A DNA stretch of 64,000 nucleotides. It comes from Stegostoma tigrinum. Taxonomy: Eukaryota. This document shows positions 1 to 13,105 of the stretch, piece after piece (positions within the stretch are counted from its first letter, which is position 1; the number at the start of each line of letters is the position of its first letter). The notes beneath the pieces are model-generated. The model searched no databases, was not told the DNA's origin, and saw only the letters and a list, made by a program, of their open reading frames with translations. The DNA lies in the NCBI RefSeq assembly GCF_030684315.1, contig NC_081384.1:7327945-7391944 (forward strand), given 5' to 3'. The position numbers and the translations under genes are program-made.

Positions 1-552
1 ATTTGCATACCTCTTTTTTGCATAGAATAAGATCAAATAAAAGGAAGCCAAAAATATTTATTCAAATTTAAACTTTTATTCTTGTGTATTCCCTTTTTTC
101 CTGCCTTTCATTATTAATTATCATGGAATGATCTGACAGTAAAGCAGGTGTGTGACTTGCACCAGTTTTTGGTCATTAAATATCCATTTGAAAGAATTGC
201 ATGCTTCAGCAATATTTCTGGTTACTTTGCTCAATGCTTCTGCATTTGCTGACCCACATTGAGCTATATTTCTGTGCATGCTTTTGATAACAGTTCCCCA
301 AACAATATTCCAATACAATCACATTTTAATATTTAAAAGTTAATGTCATTCCAGATGCCAACACAAACAAAAGCAGCATAGTAACATTTACTTTGTGGTT
401 ATTAAACACTCAGACAAAAACAAATTACTTCAGGTGTGGGAGGTAGAAATAAAAACAAATGCCCGAAAAGCTCAGCAGATCTGGCAGCATCTAAGGAGAA
501 AGAAACAGAACTGAGTCCAGTATAACCCCTCTTCATTTCCAAGACGAGTCAT

Positions 553-875
553 GGGCAGCGCGGTATCACAGTGGTTAGCACTGCTGCCTCACAGTGCCAG
601 GTGACTGTTTGTGTAGAGATTGTGCTGTGTCCCTGCATCTGTGTGGGTTTGCTCCAGGCGCTCCAGACTCCTCCCACAGTCCAAAGTTGTGCAGGTTAGA
701 TGTATTCGTCATGCTAAATTACTCGTACTGTCCAGTTATTGTTAAGTGGATTAGCCATGGGAAATGCAAGTTATAGGGATAGGGTGGGAATGTAAGTCTC
801 CAAAAATGCTCTTTGAGGGCCCGTGGGGACTTGATGGGCTGAGGGGTCTGCTTCTACACTACAGGGATTCTATGT
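553..875 (+). mobile_element. HE1-type tRNA-derived SINE (elasmobranch)
   Basis: GG..CAGTGGTTAGCACTGCTGCCTCACAG head, CTCCCACAGTCCAAAG core, CR1-like tail; partial duplicate tail to about 1030. Confidence 0.8.
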
Positions 876-1039
876 TGTGCAGGTTAGGTTGATTGACCAT
901 GCTAAATTGTCTGATCCAGGGATGTTTAGGGCATGTAGGTTAGCCGTGGGAAATGCATGATTACAGGAAGAGGATAGGGGGCTGGGTATGGCTGAATGAC
1001 CTGTTTCTGCGCTGTTGGGATTCTACGTTCATAATTAGG

Positions 1040-1915
1040 AAAGCTAATAAAATTATATCTATTTTCTGAAGGAGCTGAATACATAAGTAGGGAGGATATG
1101 GTTCAGTAATACAGAACATTGGTGAGACCATATCTGGAATATGTATGCACTGTTGGTCTTTGGTTTAAGTATGAATGTAAATACATTGGAAGCAGTTCAG
1201 AGAAGGTTTACTAGAATAATATCTGGAATGAACGGACTGTCTTATGAGGAAAGAGCAGATGGTTGTATGTGTTGGAGTTTAGAAGTCTAAGAGGCTACTG
1301 GATTGAAACATAGAAGCTACTGACAGGCCTTGACAAGTTGATGTGGAAGGGATGTTTCCTCTTGTGGTAAAAATTAGAGCTGGGGGTTATGGTTTAAAAA
1401 TAAGGAAATGGCCATTTATGACAAAGATGAAAAATTTTTTTTCTTGGAGAGTTGTATAACTTTGGAACTCTGTGTTCCTTAAATTACGATGGAAGCAGCC
1501 TTTGAACATTTTCAAAGCAGGGTTTTTCTTGATAATTTACCCAATTTGGGTAAATTTTTCATTAGCAAAGACTTGAAAGGTTTCGGAGGTAGGTATGAAT
1601 GTGTGGTGGTAGGTCAGCCATGATAATATTGAAAGCAGAACAAGCTCAAGGGGCTGAGTGGCCTATTCCTGCTCCTAATTCATATGTTTGTGTGTAATCT
1701 CTTTATTCTGAGTGTGGTGACTCTGTGGAATTCTTTACCCCAGAGGGCTGGTGAGGCTCAGACATTCAGGATGTTCAAGATAGAGACGGGTAGGCACTAA
1801 CAACATAAAGCATTATGTTGATAGAGTGGGTAAATAGCGTTAAAGTAAACAAAGATCTAGAATGATAAAACGGGCTCTAGGGGCTGAATGGACTTCTCTT
1901 GCTCATATGTTCCTA
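1040..1915 (+). mobile_element. CR1 LINE 3' fragments (two tails)
   Basis: LVRPYLE...LEAVQRRFTR..SYEER remnants and GGGCTGAATGG...CCT 3' tails. Confidence 0.75.
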
Positions 1916-4900
1916 TTATAGATAAACGCATAATATAACTTATAAATATGAAGATCTTGATGAAAATCTTGTGCCTCAGTGTTCAGGCTGCTGCTGGTCA
2001 CTAAATGCACGTTGACCTCTATTGCTGCTGTCCCAGGAAATTGCTGATGTAATTATTTCAATACACACTTATGTCACTGCACTTCTGATCAAAGGTGTCT
2101 CAGTGAATCAAAGCATTGAATACTGAGATGTGACCATTTGATTGGTTACTATCCACTGCCAGGACAGTATGAGGGATCAGGCGATTACTTATCATAACCC
2201 CATTCTTTCTGAGACTTTAATCAGGATCACAACCCACATTTTGGAGCACTTGTTGTAGACAGTAAGCTACTGAGCTGTCAAGAAGGAGCTACAGATGTAC
2301 CTCGGGCTAAAGGAATCAATGGTTATTAGGGAAAGCAGGGACAGGGGACTGTGTTGAATGATTAGCCACTGAATGTTACAGCAGATTCAAAAGGCTGAGT
2401 GCCCTGATCCTGTTCCTTTTTTTCTATGTTTCTATGTTCTGAGGGGGTCCTGGTCTTCCTTGTTAACATGCCTTCTGATGGAAAGGCATTATTTAGATAT
2501 AGGAGGAAATGAAGACCAGATCAAACTGTGATACCATCATGGCCAAAGAGCTTATCAACACTTGGCCCAGACTTAAACAAGTTGGCAAATTGGGTAGGTC
2601 TGATCACGTGATTAGGTTCAGTCTGACATCCATAGTTTCTATTTATTAGCTAGTGTTCAGAATCAGGAATCAACTGTTGGTGCACCAGACAGAAACGACA
2701 CTGAGACCTACTGCCTGTTGACTAACTCCAGGGATCTCACTGCACGTCACTTTGTCAATCAGGACTTAAACACGGTTTTGTTAATGCCATATCAAAGAAG
2801 CATGACTTTGTAACCAATATTTCAGCTGTGGTACACTGTACATTTTGGTATAAATCAAACTCTGAAGACTTGCAATGGTCTTCCAAAATTGGGAATCAAC
2901 TTATACAAGGAGCCATGGGTATGGGTATGGGTATGGGTAGTCATCATTTTGAAATATTGGCATCAAATGCAAAGGACGAATGTGCCTTGAACTCCCGTGC
3001 ATCTTCACACTGCAGCCCACACCACCTTTTTCCTTATTCCTTCATAGGTTGTGGGCACCACTGACTAGGTCAATATTTATTGTCCATCCATAATTGCCCA
3101 GAGGACAGTTAAGAGTTAATTACATTATTGCAGGACTGGAGTCACATGCAGGCCAGACCAAGTAAGGACAGCAGCTTCCTTCCCCCAAAGATATTAGTGA
3201 ACCAATGGGTTTTGCTATTGTTTGACAATGGTTTCATGGCCATTCTTAAACTCAACCCAAAATTTCTACTGAATTCAAATTCTACCATCTGTTACAAATA
3301 GGATTTGATCCTGGATCCTAATTACCTGAGTGTCTGTATTAATTGGTCTAAAGATAAGGCCATTAGGCCATTGCTTCCCACAACCTGCTTGATCCCTTTT
3401 ATAAGCCAGGTTACTTATATGCTGTGATTTATGGTATATGCAACCTACATTTTAGACTGGTGTGTTTTTTACATTCACTTGTGGGGTGTGGGTGTTGCTG
3501 GCTGGACTGGCATTTATTGCCCATCCCTAGTTTCCCTGGAGCAGGTGGTGCTTAGCTACCTCCTTAAAGTGTTGTCAGGAGTTTGTAGGCAGGCTTCCCA
3601 ACGAGTGGATTGCATCTCCCTAACAGGTATGCAAAACAAGATTTTGGGCTCATGACCTCGATAGCAGCAACAGCTGCCATGGGACTCAGACTGATTGCAA
3701 TTGCTTTCCTTGAAATGCTCAGGTCTTTATGTATTGGAGGGCACAGCCTAATCAGCTGCTCACTGAAGACCACTTGTTGCTGCAAAAAAAATTAGCTTTT
3801 GAAAAGGTATGAATTTGTTTTGGAAAAATGCAGCATTTTCATCAGCAGTTTTCCTATGCTCATCTCTTGCTTCTCCATTCCCAGTCAACAACTAAACTCC
3901 CTGCACCCCAGTTGCATTGAGTGACTGGCCTGTGTTCATCCAGCTCTATATCTTGTTATCTCAGATTCTCCAGCATCTGCAGTTCCTACTATCTCTGCAT
4001 TAAGTGTAACCCTCCTATCGTTCACAACTGAAGTTTTCCCACACATCCCAAATCATTGGAAGCCTTGACACTCCCATTCAACAGCTCTTGTGTTTCCAAC
4101 AGTTTTCATTCTGGGATCACACTAAGTCTAAGGCATTAAAATGCAGTCATTCCAGGAAAAGGTCGAGGAAGCATTGAGGTAGATTGTAAGGAGTATCTTA
4201 AGGGATAGGCGGAGGGGTTTAGGGATGGAATTCTAAGGCTTAATGCTGAGCCAATGGAGGGAGTGATAACCAACACTGGAGCTAAAACCCCAGAACTGGT
4301 GGACCTCTGGGAGCAGGATAGAGTAAACAACTGAATTATTTCTACTGCATCCTGACTGAGGTCAGTTAGCTTGGCTCACTTGATGGCTAGTCTGTGATGC
4401 CAACAGTGAGGGTTCAATTCCCACAATGGCTCAGGTTACCATGAAGGATTCTCTACCTCTTGTGACCTTCAGGTTAGGCCACCACTAGATGTTTCTTACT
4501 AATGAGATATTAGGACTATGATAACTTTACTTTTTTTCTAAAAAAAAACCTACCATGGATTTCTCGTTTGGTTCATGAACTTACTTTACCTGCAAAGCAC
4601 AAAAGTACAAAATGTTTTTGTATGAGTCAGCCACACACTGCCTACAATTTCTGAGCCATAGGAAAGATTTGGAATGAACGGAAGTGGGGGGTATTGCCCT
4701 CACCACCCTGTGGTCATTTAAAGGAAAATATAATTTTTGGGACTTGTCGCTTCAGGTCAGTGACACTGTTTAATGCTTGAATCAGTGGCTGTGTGTACAG
4801 CAGACACTGCAAGTTGCTTGTCTGGCTGTCTTCTCCAGACTTATGTCATCTGGCGCTGCAACATTGATGAGAGTTGGTCCTGTATTCAGAAAGAACAAAT

Positions 4901-5469
4901 GGTGTCACAGACAGATAATGGAAGATAGTGCAAATAGGGAAAATAAATACCAGAGGGAGAGACTGAAGGTCAGAGATCGCGGACAGAGAAAACGCAGGTG
5001 GAGACACTGAGGGCAAAGATCAAGGGAAGATAATCAATAGTGTCAAGAATTCTACAGCCAAACATAATCAGGGCTAGCTTAAGTACACAGGAGACAATCT
5101 CAGTTCCTTAAACGCATTGAGGGGCTTATTAATTACTTCTTGCACACCTGATAATGTCCAAATTATGCATAGTCCTGAAACTCACCCTTCTTACCTCAAC
5201 TACAAATTATTTGTTCATTTAACAACATTTTGTTGTGTGAAATGTTTACTTTAGTCTTTAATAAATCACCTCTCACTACAATACATCCATTAGTAGTAAT
5301 GTGGAAATTGATTGGTGACGTGTTGCTTTAGCTTTGCAAACAAAAAATTTCATTTCCCCTGATCTCTATTCTGTCATATGACCATTTATCCATAGTCCAG
5401 AAAAATCATTCACTATGCAAGGTGGCTCGAGGCACAGTCAAATCACTGAAATGGCAATCTAAGCTCATT

Positions 5470-7260
5470 CTAAGTTAATGTCTCAGAAATTTGTTTTGAT
5501 CTCATGTTATATATTAAATTATGGCAGTCTTGAAAGCTACTAAAAGGCATTATGAAAGGAAACTTGCCACAGATATAAAGATCAATAAGAAGAAATTTTA
5601 TAGTTACATCAAGGGAAAGAGGGTGGTCAGGAGCGATTAGACAGTAGAAACTGCAGATACTGGAGAATCTGAGATAACAAGGTACAGAGCTGGATGAACA
5701 CAGCAGGCCAAGCAGCATCAGAGCAGGAAGGCTGACGTTTCACGCTTAGACTCTCCTTCAGAAATTCTGAAGGAGGGTCTAGGCCCGAAACATCAGCCTT
5801 CCTGCTCCTCTGATGCTGCTTGGCCTGCTATGTTCATCCAGCTCTACACCGCGTTATCTATGGTCAGGAGCAATGTTGGCTCACTAAAGACTGAAAGTCA
5901 GGATGTTGTCAATGACTACAGGGAAATGGCACTTACGGTGAAAAATTACCTTGCCTCAGTATTTACAGTAGGAAAGGATAGCTTGCCAGAATCCAGAGGA
6001 AATTAATAGTGTATTGGGGATAGGAACTGAATAAAATGAATGCAAGTAACCGATAATTAGAAAATTAATGGAACTAACGTGATAAATCCCCAGGACATGA
6101 TTGTTTCCATCCAAGGGTGTTAAATGAAGTAGGGGAACACATTGTAGACGCCCTAACTATAAGCTTTTAGAGTTCTCTAGATACAGGAATAGTTCCTCGG
6201 CAGCAGAAAATTGCACATAGATTTCCTTTTCTGTCCTTCTAACAAAATGGAATGATAAGGAATTACAGACCAATAATATAACATCTGTGGCAGGGAAATT
6301 GTTTGAGTCTGTGTTCAAGGATGGGGGTAAATGAAATCTGAAAATTTTCAGATAAGAGAGTCAGCACGAATTCCTGACTGGTAGGTCATATCTGACAGAC
6401 TTCACTTGAGAAGGTGACTAAAATAGTGAATAGTTGAATATCTATGGATGTTGTGTATATGGACTTACAGAAGCAATTTAATAATGTTTCATATAAGAGG
6501 CTGCTAACTAAGGTAGAGGCCCATAGAATTGCGGCCTACTTGCTGACAGGCTGGGAAATTGGTTGAGTGACAGAATGTAGGGATAATGGGTAGGTACTCA
6601 AATTGGCAGGATGTGACCAATGGTGTCCCACAATGATCTGTGTTATTCACATTATTTATTAACAACTTGGACGATAGCATAGAAAGTAATACATTCAAAT
6701 TTGTTGATGAGACAATTTGGCCAGCATTGAATAAACTGTAGATGACAGCGTAGAATTACAAAGGGATATTAGAGAGACTAAGTGAGTGGGCAAAACTGTG
6801 ACAGATGGAATTCAATGTAAGTAGGTGTGACGTTATCCATTTGGACCAAAAAAATGATAGATCAGAATACTTTCTCAGTGGTATGAAGTTAAGTACAGTA
6901 GATGTCCAAAGAGTCTTGGGGTTTCAGGTTCAAAGATCATTAAAGTGTCACAAACAGGTGCAGAAAATGATCGAGAGCGCTAATGGAATGCTGGGCTTTA
7001 TAGCTAGAGGACTGGAGTACAAGGATGCACAAGTTACACTGAAATTGTAAAATTCCCTGGTTAAATCCCAGAAGGAATACTGCAAGCAGATCTAGGTACA
7101 CACCTTTGGAAGGTTATATTGTTCTTGGAGGGAGTTCTGGTAGGTTTAACAGAATGAAGCCTGGATTTCAGAGGTACGAGGAGAGAGTATACAAATTAGG
7201 CCTGTTTTCTCTACAATTTACAAAGGTAAGTGGTAATCTGATCAAAGTATTCTGACATAA
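5470..7260 (+). mobile_element. Degenerate CR1 LINE ORF2
   Basis: Remnants of GVPQ, W...WQMEFNVSRC.VIH, ANGMLGFIARGLEYK (ORF 6805..7050). Confidence 0.85.
5638..5860 (-). mobile_element. Fold-back Neptune-like terminal element inserted in a CR1
   Basis: About 90-bp inverted arms centred near 5763; TSD TGGTCAGGAGC(G/A)AT at 5624-5637 and 5861-5874. Confidence 0.8.
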
Positions 7261-7429
7261 ATAGAGCATTAAACTAATGATGGCTGGGTTCATTTGTGTG
7301 GAAAATTAAAAAATCAAAGGTAAAGAAGTTAGTAATATCCTGGGTTAGTATTGCGGCAGATTGTTATCAGAAGATTAGGAAAGAACGTGTCCATGTCCAA
7401 GGAACATTGTAAGTCTAAGAAAATTTGAT

Positions 7430-10400
7430 AATAGAGCAACTGTAAGTTTTTTATCTTAATGCATGAATAATTTGGAATCAGGTAAGACAAACTGATGGTG
7501 TAAACCTAGATAAACGAATACGATCTCACAACCATTAAGGAAGCACGGTTACAAGGGAAAAAAAACTGGGAACTTCATATTGTGGGAAATTTGATCATTT
7601 AGAGAGACAGGAAGGATGCAAAAGGTGGTGGGGTAGCACTGTTAATAAGAGATAAATGGACAATAGTTGTGAGAGATGATCTAAGCTAAGATGATGTAAA
7701 GTCCATTTCAGTAGGGATTAATACAAGATGATATTGGTAGTAGTGTACGGAGCCCCAAATGGTAGCCAGTCTGTGGGAAAGACAGTAAATCAACAAATAA
7801 TAGAACCATATAAAAAGAATGCAGCAATAATTATTTCTTCACGTTGATCAGGTTAATCAAGTTGGAAACAATAGCTACAATAATGAATTCATAGCACGTA
7901 TTAGGGAATTTCCAAGAGCAGTATGCTATGGAGCCAATTAGGGAGCAAGCTATCTTGGATCTAGCAATATGTAATAAAGCAGGTTTAATAAATAACAGAT
8001 GCCCTAGGGAGTAGTGATCATAATATGATAGAACATAATATTCAGTCCAAGAATGAGAAACCTGGGTCAGAAACAACAGATTTCATTTAAATTAAAGGAA
8101 TTACAATGCCATGAGGATAGAGTTAGCTTAAGTGAACTGGGCAGATAGATTAGCAGGAATGACAGTTAACAAGTAATGGCTGTAGGGGGCCCTCTCGTGG
8201 TGCAGTGACAGTGTACCTGGACCAGAGGGGCCTGGGCTCAAGGTCCCCCCTCCTCCAGAGGTGTGTAATAACATCCCTGAACAGGTAGGTTAGAAAAATA
8301 CATGAAATTAAACAAAAGGCAGTGGCAGATATTAGAGGAGGTAATTCATGACTCTCAGCAAAACACATCCCAGTAAGGACTAAAGATTCCAAGAGGGAGA
8401 TAAGCCAATCATGGCTAAACAAGGAAGTTAAGGAGAATATTAAGTGGAGAGAAAAAGCGTACAAGGAGGTATACAAGGCTTCAAAGACTAAGATAAATTT
8501 GGGATCCAGCAAAGAACGATTAAGAAGATAATAAAAACCAAAAAATAAAACTACGAGGGAACACTAGCAAGGAATATAAAAACTGACAAGAGCTTGTTTA
8601 AATATATAAAAAGAAGAGAGGTCAAAGTGAACATTCACCCTTTAGAAAATGGATCTGAAGAAAAATAGCAGAGAAGTTAAACATATATTTTGTCCCTGTA
8701 TGTACAGGTGGAAGATACTTCAAACGTTGTATATACTAAAGAATATCATCACCATCATTAAAGTCGTAACATTAGACCAACTAATGGGGCTAAAGCAGGT
8801 AATTACCCTGACCCCAATAACATGCATTCTACAATCCTAAAAGAGGTAGCCGCAGAGAAAGTGCATTCACTGGTTGTATTTTTCCAGACATTTGTTGGAT
8901 TCTGGAGAAGTAACAGAGGATTGGATATCTAATATGACACCCCTATCCATAAGAGAGTGTGCCAAAAAGTGGCTGACTATAGACCAATTAGCTTAGTCTG
9001 TATTGTTGAAGTATCTGAAAATGATTAAGGTAGTAATAGCAGAACATCTGGAATGTAATTAGATTATGAAAAGTCAGTTCTGGCTTTCTGAAAGGGAAAT
9101 CTAGTCTGACTAATTTAAGAGTTTTCAAAGAACTGCCAGCCAGAGTGGATAGAGGGGAACCAATAGATTTGTTGTATTTGGACTTACAGGTGTACAATAA
9201 GGTGCCTCATAAAAAATTTAAGTAAGTGTAAGATCCCCTTGCGTTACAGGCATATACTGCTGTGCGTAGAGAATTGGCTCACAGGGAGGAAACCAAGTGG
9301 AGAGAAGGGGTTTGTTTTCAGATTAGCATCTGTGACCAGTGCAGTTTCATAGAAATCAGTGCTGGGATTACAACTGTCTACAATATATATTAATGAATTA
9401 GAGTAAGGAAGTGAATGAACTGTAGTCAAGTTTATAGATGCCACAAAAATAGGTGGAAAAGAGATTGAATAGAAGTTCAAAATTCTGAGGTGTTTTGAAG
9501 AGAATAAATGAGGAGAAACTATTTGCACTTGCAAGCTAGTTAGTAACTGGAAACCATAAATTTAAGGTATACAGCAAAAAAGAATGGGGGAAGGTGGGAG
9601 AGATAATGGGAACTGCGGATGCTGGAGAATCCAAGATAACAAAGTGTGGAGCTGGATGAAAACAGCAGGCCAAGCAGCATCTCAGGAGCACAAAAGCTGA
9701 CGTTTCGGGCTGAGACCCTTCATCAGAGAGGGGGATGGGGAGAGGGTTCTAAAATAAATAGGGAGAGAGGGGGAGGTGGGCCAAAGATGGATAGAGGAGA
9801 AGATAGGTGGAGAGGAGAGTATAAGTGGGGAGGTGATAGGTCAGTCCGGGGAAGACGGACAGGTCAAGGAGTCAGGATGAGGTTAGTAGGTGGGAAATGA
9901 AGGTGCGGCTTGAGGTCAGAGGAGGGGATAGGTGAGAGGAAGAACAGGTTAGGGAGGCGGGGATGAGCTGGGCTGGTTTTGGGATGCAGTAGGGGGAGGG
10001 GACGAGCTGGGCAGGTTTGGGAGGCAGTGGGGGAAGGGGAGGTTTTGAAGCTTGTGAAGTCCACATTGATACCATTGGACTGCAGGGTTCCCAAGTGGAA
10101 TGTGAGTTGCTGTTCCTGCAACCTTCGGGTGGCAGCATTGTGGCACTGCAGGAGGCCCATAATGGGCATGTCGTCTAAGGAATGAGAGGGGAAGTTAAAA
10201 TGGTTCGCGACTGGGAGGTGCAGTTGTTTATTGCAAACTAAGCAGAGGTGTTCTGCAAAGCAGTCCTCAAGCCTCCGCTTGGTTTCCCCAATGTAGAGGA
10301 AGCCACAACGGGTACAGAGGATGCAGTACACCACACTGGCAGATGTGCAGGTGAACATCTGCTTAATATGGAAAGTCATCTTGGGGCCTGGGATGGGGGT

Positions 10401-10860
10401 GAGGGAGGTGGTGTGGGCCAAGTGGAGCACTTCCTGCGGTTGCAGGGGAAGGTAGCGGGTGTAGTGGGGTTGGAGGGGAGTGTGGAGCGAACAAGGGAGT
10501 CACGGAGAGTGGTGTCTCTGGAAGACAGACCTGGGCAAACCCTCTCTGATGAAGGTTCTAGGCCCAAAGCGTCAGCTTTTGTGCTCCTGAGATGCTGCCT
10601 GGCCTGTGTTCATCCAGCTTCACACTTTGCTATCTTATTATGGGGGAAGGTGGGAATTTATTTTTGAACACTGCAAATTTTATTTGGAATGGACTGAGAA
10701 AATGGTGAAAGCAGATTCAATAGTAACTTCAGAAAGAAGTTGGATAGCTATTTAAAGGGAAAATATTTAAGAGGATTACAGGGGTAGGTCAAAGGTGCAG
10801 CACTGATTGGTTAGCACTTTCATGCTTGAATAGCGTCCTTCTCAGCTGTATGACTCTAAA
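7430..10860 (+). mobile_element. Degenerate CR1 LINE (endonuclease to RT to 3' tail), interrupted by a mini-SINE (about 8184-8300) and the Penelope at 9600-10639
   Basis: AP-endonuclease remnants (DR...KGGGVALLI, PIREQAILDL, LGSSDHNMI) and RT remnants (DYRPISL, DLLYLDLQ); 3' tail at 10656-10860. Confidence 0.8.
9600..10639 (-). mobile_element. Penelope-like retroelement (Neptune-like), 5'-truncated, with GIY-YIG endonuclease end and inverted terminal copy
   Basis: ORF 9864..10430 FTCTSASVVYCILCTRCGFLYIGETKRRL...EHL...VANHFN is a GIY-YIG/CCHH domain; inverted terminal repeat 9600-9730 vs 10541-10635; 16-bp TSD ATGGGGGAAGGTGGGA at 9584-9599 and 10640-10655; inserted into a CR1. Confidence 0.9.
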
Positions 10861-10988
10861 CTAGTTCAGGTCAAAACAAGCTCAGAAGACGATCCCCCGA
10901 CGTAGGTTAAAAAACAACTATGGAACCTGTTACATCGTTGGTTAGATAGATTCTACAGGATGGGTAAAACAGGTCAAGGGGATATGCA

Positions 10989-11214
10989 TGAAAACAGAAG
11001 TTGCTGGAAAAGCTCAGCAGATCTAGCAGCACCTGTGCTGAAAAAAATCAGAATTAACATTTCAGGTCCGATGACCCTTCCCCAGTCACTGGGTCTGAAA
11101 CGTTAACTCTGATTTTTTTCTTCACAGATGCTGCCAGACTTGCTCAGCTTTTCCAGCAACTTCTGTTTTTGTTCCTGATTTACAGTATCCACAGTTCTTC
11201 CGGTTTTTATAAAC
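10989..11214 (+). mobile_element. Fold-back Penelope-like terminal element (subfamily with CAGATGCTGCCAGACCTGCTGAG arm)
   Basis: Inverted arms 10990-11068 / 11092-11170; TSD GGGATATGCA at 10979-10988 and 11215-11224. Confidence 0.75.
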
Positions 11215-12990
11215 GGGATATGCAACTGCTTGACAATTACAAATGTACGCTCCAGAGACATTTCTGATCCATAACAGGGGAATAATACCAATAGAAAGTA
11301 CCTAAACAATAATACCAAACGGTCATTCTGGATTTTGTACATTTTGTAAGTGATGAAATAATATTAAAAACATTGACGCCAGTTTGAAAATGGGTTTACT
11401 AGATTTGAAAAGTACAAAATTACCATGAAATTAGAAACTTCTTTGCCAATAAAATTTCAGTTTTTACTCTTATTCACAAACCTTAATATAAAATATCTAA
11501 AGTCATCAGCCACATTTGGTTATTTACAGATTTAATATGTGCAAACCGATGAAAGGTGTCATACTGACAATATACGCTCCAGATCAAATATTGTTCATAA
11601 CTATTTACACTGGATCCATGTGGATGCAGGCCTGTGTCCATTTTCAGTAAAATTCAGCCTTCTTTACTGCCGTAGTGGCTGAGCGGAAACACACACCATT
11701 TGGCGCTGTGGTTACTGAACAACATATTTGAACCTGTGTGAAGAGAGCATTGGGTGTGTCCTATGATGGTTCAATACTTACAATCCTAGGCAGGCTCTAC
11801 CCCAGCTCCTATTCATATCTTCACCAATCTGAATGTACACAGCAAGTTAAGACCTTAAACTTTCAGAGCAATTGGCACAATGGCAGTTTGACTTGCACTT
11901 CCTCAAGCTCACCTGTCCCGATTGGGGTTGAGGAATTCCAAGAAGCCAATCCAATGAAAGAAAGATCAGACACAAAGTTTATGCACTGAGAGCTGGGGGA
12001 AAGAAAAGTAATATCTTCAAGAAAAATCACAATGCTGTTAGTCATTCTGCACAGAACACAAGTCCTATCCCTAAATCTTATTTCTTATCACCATGATGTT
12101 TTCTAACACTTTATCAACATTTTCTATAATCAAGTTTGCTGCTCATGTCGGATATAATTTTTTTTAATGTCAACTGTCACAATGTCTTCACCTAAAGAAG
12201 CTGAGTAGAACCTGAGTATTTCAGGAATCTCTCTCCAAATTCCATCATTTTGTTATATACACACAAAAATGAATCATGTAACAGGAACTCGCTGATCAGT
12301 GTGTGAACACTTCAGGTCAAGCATGTCAGAGAAACAAAGTGCTGGAGAAACTTAGCAGGTCCAGCAGCCTCGGTGGAGACAGAAACAAAGTTATGTTCAA
12401 GTTAACTCTCTCTCGCTCCACAGGTGCTGCCACCACTCTGTTTTAACGTCAGATTTCCAGCATCTGCAGTATGTTTCTTTTTTCTTAGCATGTGATACCT
12501 TAAGTGTCATATCTGCTTACACGTATAAGTTTCAAACAAAAAAATTACAAGCAGTCACAATTCCCTTGGAATTCCCAGCAGTTTGAGTGTGGTGGCTTTA
12601 AATGGAACAAACCTAATGTCTAAACACCAACAACTGTCCCTCATCCTGCTCAATCTACAAGAGATTTTATAGTCAGTTTTGGAAGTTTGGCTGTGACAAT
12701 TTCTTAGGCATAAGCAGGGTGATTTTACTTATCTTAGCCATTTGTGCATCGGGGGACTAAATGATTTTAGTCCTGATTGATCGCATGTAGGGAATTTGAG
12801 AGGGGAAAAACTAATCTTAACAAGGTGTTTTCTGTGCATTCAAATCCATTTCCCTGAGTATTGATGATTTATAGCCGTTTCTGTTCAGTTAAGTATTTGT
12901 ACAAGGAAAGGCAAAATTGGCCACTAACATCATTCAAACACTGTTCCCTTCTACAGGATTTCAGCTCTTTTTCATATTTAATGGCCCAGT

Positions 12991-13105
12991 TCACTTCTTC
13001 ATGAAGTTCTTCTCCAGGGCAGCAGGTGTTCGCTGAATGGAATGAATATTGCGTTTCACACGATCTTCTAAGGATGACATTGCAGTGCTTTGTAGCTTAA
13101 TTTTG
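12991..13105 (-). CDS. CWC25: CWC25 exon 10 coding part (KIKLQSTAMSSLEDRVKRNIHSIQRTPAALEKNFMKK-stop)
   Basis: 115 nt to TGA; conserved C-terminal SSLEDRVKRN..QRT..LEKNFM; total CDS 1257 nt = 418 aa. Confidence 0.96.

Noticed and set aside
553-620. tRNA-like sequences at SINE heads (also about 14750-14845 and 53553-53610)
   Set aside because: A/B boxes belong to SINEs; no complete cloverleaf
2447-2520. Small hairpin TGGTCTTC...ATGCCTT/AAGGCAT...GAAGACCA
   Set aside because: Short, interrupted stems compatible with chance; no box motifs
5638-5860. Repeat-spacer patterns suggestive of CRISPR or prokaryotic systems
   Set aside because: Eukaryotic spliced-gene context; the recurring sequences are dispersed retroelement ends, not regularly spaced arrays
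1-12900. PIP4K2B exon 1 expected from synteny
   Set aside because: No KTKTKKKHF...LMWG-type coding sequence found on the minus strand
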